A DNA stretch of 64,000 nt from Acetofilamentum sp. (GTDB lineage Bacteria > Bacteroidota > Bacteroidia > Bacteroidales > DYOH01): the NCBI GenBank assembly GCA_020720625.1, contig DYOH01000001.1, forward strand, positions 29,085 through 93,084, in the 5' to 3' direction. Positions 59,026 through 64,000 of this stretch are shown here, piece after piece. A program made the translations under genes and the position numbers. How positions within the stretch are numbered: the stretch's first letter is position 1; every line of letters begins with the position of its first letter. Below the pieces are notes generated by a model that saw only the letters and a list, made by a program, of their open reading frames with translations, did not search any database and had not been told where the DNA came from.

Positions 59026-60138
59026 ATGAAAAATGGCTTGAGAAAAACAGGTGTACTTATCTTTACAATGATACTTGCATCGATATACGTGTTTGCGCAG
59101 AAGGAAAATGTAAAAATAGAGGCATATTTTAAGAATAATATCAGCAACGAAATTTCCCAGTATACTTTAGAAGATATAATCAGTCAGCAGGCATTATCAG
59201 CCGGAAATATTGCCAATAACTCAATGACTATTGCTTTAGAACTGGATGAGCCGGGTTTTTACAGATTGGCATTTTCGCAAAATCTGTATTTGTTATTAGC
59301 TATTCATCCCGGGTTAGAAATGAAAATTGTGGTTGATATGGAAAATTTTCTTGAGCCTGTGATTACCGGAAGTAAAGAAAATGCCGATTTTTACAAGGAA
59401 ATAGCTGCCATTAGCGTGGTTTCTGTCATTGAGGATAGTATCGAATTTGTTTTTAACTCAAATTATGGAGTAAACGATACTTTAGCAGCTCAGGCAGTAA
59501 TGCAATACCAATTACTGGAGATGCAGAAAAGATTAAGTATGCAGAATTTTATTAAGAATAATCCCGGATATTTGGTTTCATTGTATTTTATTGAGCAGTT
59601 GTCGATTGAAGAAGATTACGATATTTTTAAACTTTTGGCAGATTCATTGACACAAAAATATCCAAACAATGAATTTGTTATCAATCTAAAAACCAGAGTC
59701 GAGAAAGAGTCGCGATTGGCAGTAGGAAGTATTGCCCCCGATATTAAACTGCTAAACCCCGATGGAAAAGAAGTGGCACTATCTTCGTTGCGTGGAAAAT
59801 ATGTATTAATAGACTTCTGGGCAGCTTGGTGCGGGCCTTGTCGCCGCGAAAGCCCTAATTTGGTAAGTCTTTATGAAAAATATAATCAAAGAGGCTTCGA
59901 AATATTTAGTGTTTCGCTTGATCAGAGTCGCGAAGCCTGGCTTAAGGCCATAGAAGACGATAACCTGAGTAAATGGACACATGTTAGTGATTTAAAATAC
60001 TGGCAATCGGAAGCGGCCAAAGATTATGGCGTTGAAGGTATTCCTTTTACAGTTTTGCTCGACAAAGAAGGACGCATTATTGCCAAAAGACTTAGAGGGC
60101 AGGATTTATTGGATAAAATGTCGGAACTACTTGATTAG
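59026..60138 (+). CDS. TlpA/AhpC-TSA family thiol-disulfide oxidoreductase
   Basis: APDI.L..PDG...LSSLRGKYVLIDFWAAWCGPCR. Confidence 0.93.
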   Translation: MKNGLRKTGVLIFTMILASIYVFAQKENVKIEAYFKNNISNEISQYTLEDIISQQALSAGNIANNSMTIALELDEPGFYRLAFSQNLYLLLAIHPGLEMKIVVDMENFLEPVITGSKENADFYKEIAAISVVSVIEDSIEFVFNSNYGVNDTLAAQAVMQYQLLEMQKRLSMQNFIKNNPGYLVSLYFIEQLSIEEDYDIFKLLADSLTQKYPNNEFVINLKTRVEKESRLAVGSIAPDIKLLNPDGKEVALSSLRGKYVLIDFWAAWCGPCRRESPNLVSLYEKYNQRGFEIFSVSLDQSREAWLKAIEDDNLSKWTHVSDLKYWQSEAAKDYGVEGIPFTVLLDKEGRIIAKRLRGQDLLDKMSELLD

Positions 60139-60143
60139 TTAAA

Positions 60144-62564
60144 ATGAAGAGCCTAGTGCTGATTATCAGTTTTTTTCTTGCTTTTTCTTCCATATCAGCT
60201 CAGAATATAATTGTTAAAGGGATTGTTACTGACCAAGGTAAGCAATCCCTTCCGTTTGTGAATGTTTACATCAGAAACACAGCCATTGGTACAATCACGG
60301 ACCAAAAAGGACGCTTTGCAATATCCGTCCCCGCAGAAAAATTTCCGCTGACGCTTCAATTTTCGCGTATTTCGTATCAATCAGAAACAATTCAAATATC
60401 ATCTATTACTGAAAATTCTGATTTAGAAGTATCATTATTGCTTATTTCGAGCGAATTAGAAGAAGTAAATGTTTCAAGTTTACATTTTAGAGCAAGAACT
60501 ATACAGAGCATTACCCCAAAACTTGGCACAGTTCAAACATCAGCATCATCCGGAGAGATTGAGAATTTGATTAAAACTTTGCCTGGTGTGTTTAGCGGAA
60601 ACAGCATGAGCTATCAGTATTCCGTTAGAGGCGGTAATTACGACGAAAATCTTGTGTATATAAATGGAATTGAAATGATGCGCCCACAATTGGTGCAAAA
60701 CAGTCAGAACGAAGGAATTAGCTTTATAAACGCTAATCTGGTTGGGGCTATTTTTTTTTCTGCCGGTGGCTTCGATGCCGAATATGGAGATAAACTATCA
60801 TCGGTGCTTGATATTCGCTATGAAAAGCCACGAGCCCTAAACTACTCATTTCAGGCCGGACTTTTGGGGGGTACATATTGGTATAAGCAACGTGTTTCCG
60901 ATAGATTGGCTTTAATGAGCGCATTAAGATACAGAAATACAAAATATTTAAGTAAATTTTTGCCTGAAAAAGGCGATTACTTTCCCCAATCTTTTGATTT
61001 TCAGAATTTAATATATTGGAATTTTTCCAGGAATTGGCTTTTAGAGTTTTTCAATTACACTTCATCGAACAGTTATCTGTTTCAGCCAAAAGAAAGAAAA
61101 TCCGATTTTGGAACTATACAAGAAGCTTACAATATCAATATATATTTTGACGGAAGCGAGCAGAATAAATATCTAAATCTGATGAATGCCATTACATTTC
61201 GCCACCAAAAGAACGCACTAAAGCTTGATTTTGCTTTTATTTCCAATAACCTTAAGGAATCATTAAATCAAGACATTATGGCGCAATATTGGCTCAACGA
61301 ATTAGATAAGGAACTTGGGAGCGAAACATTGGGCGATAGTTTGTTGAATTTGGGAGTTGGAACAAGTCTTAATCATTTGCGAAATAGTTTATTTGCCAAT
61401 TTATATACTTTTCAGTCTAATACAGCCTTTATTAAAGACAATTTGATTTTAAAAGCCGGCGTTACGTTCCGAAAAGAATATTTTATTTCCGATTATAATA
61501 CTTGGGAAATGATAGACTCAGCGGGCTACAGCTTGCCCGATATGTCAGACCAATTGGCGCTATCCTACAGTAATAGCTATAGTGTTGATATTGAGCAATT
61601 TCGTGTGCAAGGATATTTGCATAGTGAATATGCTGAAAATATTTCGTGGGGTAGATTAATTTTGGCAGCCGGCCTGCGTTACCACCAGTTAAAATGGCAT
61701 TCAAAGCCCATTATAAGCCCACGCCTGCGATTGGCCATAAATCCTGAAGCTTGGCCGCAAGCAGTTTTCCGTGTGTCGGCAGGCTTATATTATCAACCGG
61801 CATTTTATAGAGAAATAATAAATCTCAATGGAGAGTTGAATAATAAGCTCCGCGCACAACAATCAATACACCTTGTTTTTGGAAGCGATATAAAACTTAA
61901 TATTTGGAGTAGGCCATTTTTACTTACAAGCGAATTGTATTATAAAATAATGCCTTATGTGTATATTTATGAAGTAAATAATTTAAAAATAGACTATTAT
62001 CCCAATCAAGAGGCCGGCGCTTATGCTTACGGAGCAGATATAAAATTAAGTGGAGAATTTGTTCCGGGCATGGAGTCGTGGTTTAGTATCTCGTATTTAA
62101 AAACTGCCGAAAACATACTGAATGATGGTCATGGGAATATTTATAGGCCAATGGATCAACGTATTACGGCGCATATTTTTTTTCAGGATTATTTACCTGG
62201 AAATGAGAGTTATAAAGTAAATCTGAATTTTAATTTTGGAAGCGGCTTACCTTATGGACCACCACATTTTCCGAGATTTATGTCAACCGGACGTATGCCA
62301 TTTTACGAACAACTTGATTTGGGAATCAGTAAAAAAATAGAGCGAAACAAATATTCGAAAACCCGTTCACATTTTTTGTATAAAAATATTTGGTTAAGTG
62401 CAGAAGTATATAATTTATTCGATGCCAATAACGTAATTGGTTATTATTGGGTAAATGTGGCGCCTAACCAAGCCTTGCTATATAATTCTATCAGCCAGTT
62501 GTATCCGGTACCAAATTATGCTGTGGGAAGAATGTTTAATGTAAAAATGCAAATTGAATTTTAA
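60144..62564 (+). CDS. TonB-dependent receptor-like outer membrane protein
   Basis: N-terminal regulatory-like domain, LPGV...YSVRGGNYDENLVYINGIE, YGDKLSSVLDI, terminal F. Confidence 0.9.
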   Translation: MKSLVLIISFFLAFSSISAQNIIVKGIVTDQGKQSLPFVNVYIRNTAIGTITDQKGRFAISVPAEKFPLTLQFSRISYQSETIQISSITENSDLEVSLLLISSELEEVNVSSLHFRARTIQSITPKLGTVQTSASSGEIENLIKTLPGVFSGNSMSYQYSVRGGNYDENLVYINGIEMMRPQLVQNSQNEGISFINANLVGAIFFSAGGFDAEYGDKLSSVLDIRYEKPRALNYSFQAGLLGGTYWYKQRVSDRLALMSALRYRNTKYLSKFLPEKGDYFPQSFDFQNLIYWNFSRNWLLEFFNYTSSNSYLFQPKERKSDFGTIQEAYNINIYFDGSEQNKYLNLMNAITFRHQKNALKLDFAFISNNLKESLNQDIMAQYWLNELDKELGSETLGDSLLNLGVGTSLNHLRNSLFANLYTFQSNTAFIKDNLILKAGVTFRKEYFISDYNTWEMIDSAGYSLPDMSDQLALSYSNSYSVDIEQFRVQGYLHSEYAENISWGRLILAAGLRYHQLKWHSKPIISPRLRLAINPEAWPQAVFRVSAGLYYQPAFYREIINLNGELNNKLRAQQSIHLVFGSDIKLNIWSRPFLLTSELYYKIMPYVYIYEVNNLKIDYYPNQEAGAYAYGADIKLSGEFVPGMESWFSISYLKTAENILNDGHGNIYRPMDQRITAHIFFQDYLPGNESYKVNLNFNFGSGLPYGPPHFPRFMSTGRMPFYEQLDLGISKKIERNKYSKTRSHFLYKNIWLSAEVYNLFDANNVIGYYWVNVAPNQALLYNSISQLYPVPNYAVGRMFNVKMQIEF

Positions 62565-62606
62565 ATAAAAGCCAAATTTTTATTATATTTGACAAAAACC
62601 AGATAC

Positions 62607-63191
62607 ATGAAATACTTAGGTGTAAAGAAAGAGAGTAATAAACAGATTTTTAAACTGATAAAGCCATATTTTAACCAAAAACTAGGTGAATATACTCATC
62701 AGAGAATCACCCAGGATTGGCATTTTCACGGTTTAGGTTTTGTAAGAGGCGATATGACTTATGTATTTGGTATCAATATTGGTTTCTTCCGTCTTGAACC
62801 CGGTGAGCATTTTAGTCATTTGGGAATGAATATTCTTGTTAGAACCAACGGAGTAAATCAGGAATTACGGAGCAAGTACCGTGCTTTTTTTGCTCAACAC
62901 CTACAAGGATGGAGCCAACAATCGGAAACAAGCTATTCCAGCGACAGGGGTGGAGTAGGTTCGCAGTTTCCAAAATACGAAGCAATTAATAGTTTTAGTA
63001 GTCAGGAAGATATATTAACGTTTCTTCAAAGCTCCATAGACTTTGTATACAATAATGTTTACCCTGCGATTTGGGAGAATGAAGGCAATTTGTTCGATGG
63101 AGTTGATGTGGCTAGTCCACCATGGGAGACTTCCTTCCTTGAGCTTACAGATTTGCAATTAGGTCGTTCCAAGTATTCTGCGCGTCAATAA
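62607..63191 (+). CDS. Hypothetical cytoplasmic protein
   Basis: 194-aa ORF from the ATG at 62607, preceded by TATATTTG (62584-62591); stop overlaps the next start. Confidence 0.7.
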   Translation: MKYLGVKKESNKQIFKLIKPYFNQKLGEYTHQRITQDWHFHGLGFVRGDMTYVFGINIGFFRLEPGEHFSHLGMNILVRTNGVNQELRSKYRAFFAQHLQGWSQQSETSYSSDRGGVGSQFPKYEAINSFSSQEDILTFLQSSIDFVYNNVYPAIWENEGNLFDGVDVASPPWETSFLELTDLQLGRSKYSARQ

Positions 63192-64000
63192 TGAGTTTTT
63201 TATATCCGGGTTTTTTGTGGGCACTTTTTGCACTTGCAGTGCCGATTATTATTCATATAATCAATTTACGCTCATACGTAACTGTATATTTCAGTAATGT
63301 AGATTTTCTTACGGATATAGAAAAAGAAGCAAAATCCAAAGTTCTGCTAAAAAAATGGCTTTTATTGCTTATCCGATTATTGGCCTTAGCAGCCATGATA
63401 ATTGCATTTGCTGTTCCCGTTAAACGAGTGGGTGGGCTTGTTTCATCAACAATAAATCAGAAATATATTTTTTGTTTGGATAATTCTATGAGCCTTACGG
63501 CAAATAGAAATGCCGTTAGATTACTGGATTTTGCCAAAAACAATGCCAATCAGCTGGCAAGTTCATTAAACAGGAGTTCTCAATTCTACTTTATCACACA
63601 CCAAAATACATCTTTTAGTCCGGAACTTACCAAAGACCAATTGCTAAGCGAAATTAAAAAATTGGAGACAGCGCCAAAATCGGGTATGATAAGTGATTTA
63701 CTTAATCGAGCGCAATTAATTGTTCAGCAAGATACAACATCACAATACCAAATATTTTTATTTTCCGATTATCAGCAATCAAATACAGATTTTCAGGAGT
63801 TTAAAATGGCACGGAATGCTTTTGTAAATATTGTAAATCTTGAACCGGATAAGATTAATAATGTTGCCATTGATTGCGTTTGGACAGACAATCCGAACCA
63901 TTTGTTTATGCAAAGCGAAATTCTGCATATCCAATTACGCAATTACAGTCAGCAACTAATGGAAAATCTGCAAATAAATCTTTTTATTAATGATAGCAGC
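63191..64000 (+). CDS. BatA-type N-terminal double-TM domain protein with vWA-like region (partial, runs off the window)
   Basis: Not in the ORF track; translates as MSFLYPGFLWALFALAVPIIIHIINLR...YFSNVDFL...LIRLLALAAMIIAFAVP...LDNSMS...FSDYQ. Confidence 0.85.
   Translation, partial: MSFLYPGFLWALFALAVPIIIHIINLRSYVTVYFSNVDFLTDIEKEAKSKVLLKKWLLLLIRLLALAAMIIAFAVPVKRVGGLVSSTINQKYIFCLDNSMSLTANRNAVRLLDFAKNNANQLASSLNRSSQFYFITHQNTSFSPELTKDQLLSEIKKLETAPKSGMISDLLNRAQLIVQQDTTSQYQIFLFSDYQQSNTDFQEFKMARNAFVNIVNLEPDKINNVAIDCVWTDNPNHLFMQSEILHIQLRNYSQQLMENLQINLFINDSS

Noticed and set aside
58905-59147. 80-aa minus-strand ORF in and beyond the intergenic gap
   Set aside because: Half of it overlaps the TlpA gene in antisense and it has no recognisable motif.
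456-61704. Numerous short (60-160 aa) ORFs nested in or antisense to long genes, and N-terminal extensions from TTG/GTG/ATT starts
   Set aside because: They lie within confidently identified genes and show no motifs; downstream ATG starts fit signal peptides and family N-termini better.

Overview
AT-rich, gene-dense chromosomal segment of a Bacteroidota bacterium, probably Bacteroidales/Marinilabiliales-like (T9SS cargo, TonB-dependent receptors, bat operon, TAnnTTTG promoters). It holds about 54 CDSs and two identical tRNA-Lys(TTT) genes. Housekeeping genes (guaA, pyrD, mnmA, rarA, thpR, ridA) are mixed with many signalling modules. I found no integrase, transposase, prophage, rRNA or CRISPR array. 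The most striking unexplained structure is the ~1.5-kb ORF-free region at 36.3-37.8 kb. It contains a dif-like XerCD site (36613-36640) and two oppositely oriented clusters of a palindromic WWACAWWTGT/TGTWWACA motif that form an imperfect ~48-bp inverted repeat. The second cluster covers the predicted promoter of an XRE-type HTH gene. This layout resembles the rtp/Ter and tus/TerB loci and is a candidate terminus-binding system (inference only). Other notable items are a TerB-like/ABCG-type transporter operon facing an orphan siaB-siaC pair, a YfiR-CHASE8 kinase operon with an unusual upstream partner, an orphan EACC1-like gene behind a sigma-54-like promoter, two GAF sensors without an output domain, and a bat operon lacking batD/batE. 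All family assignments come from motifs recognised by eye; no searches were run.
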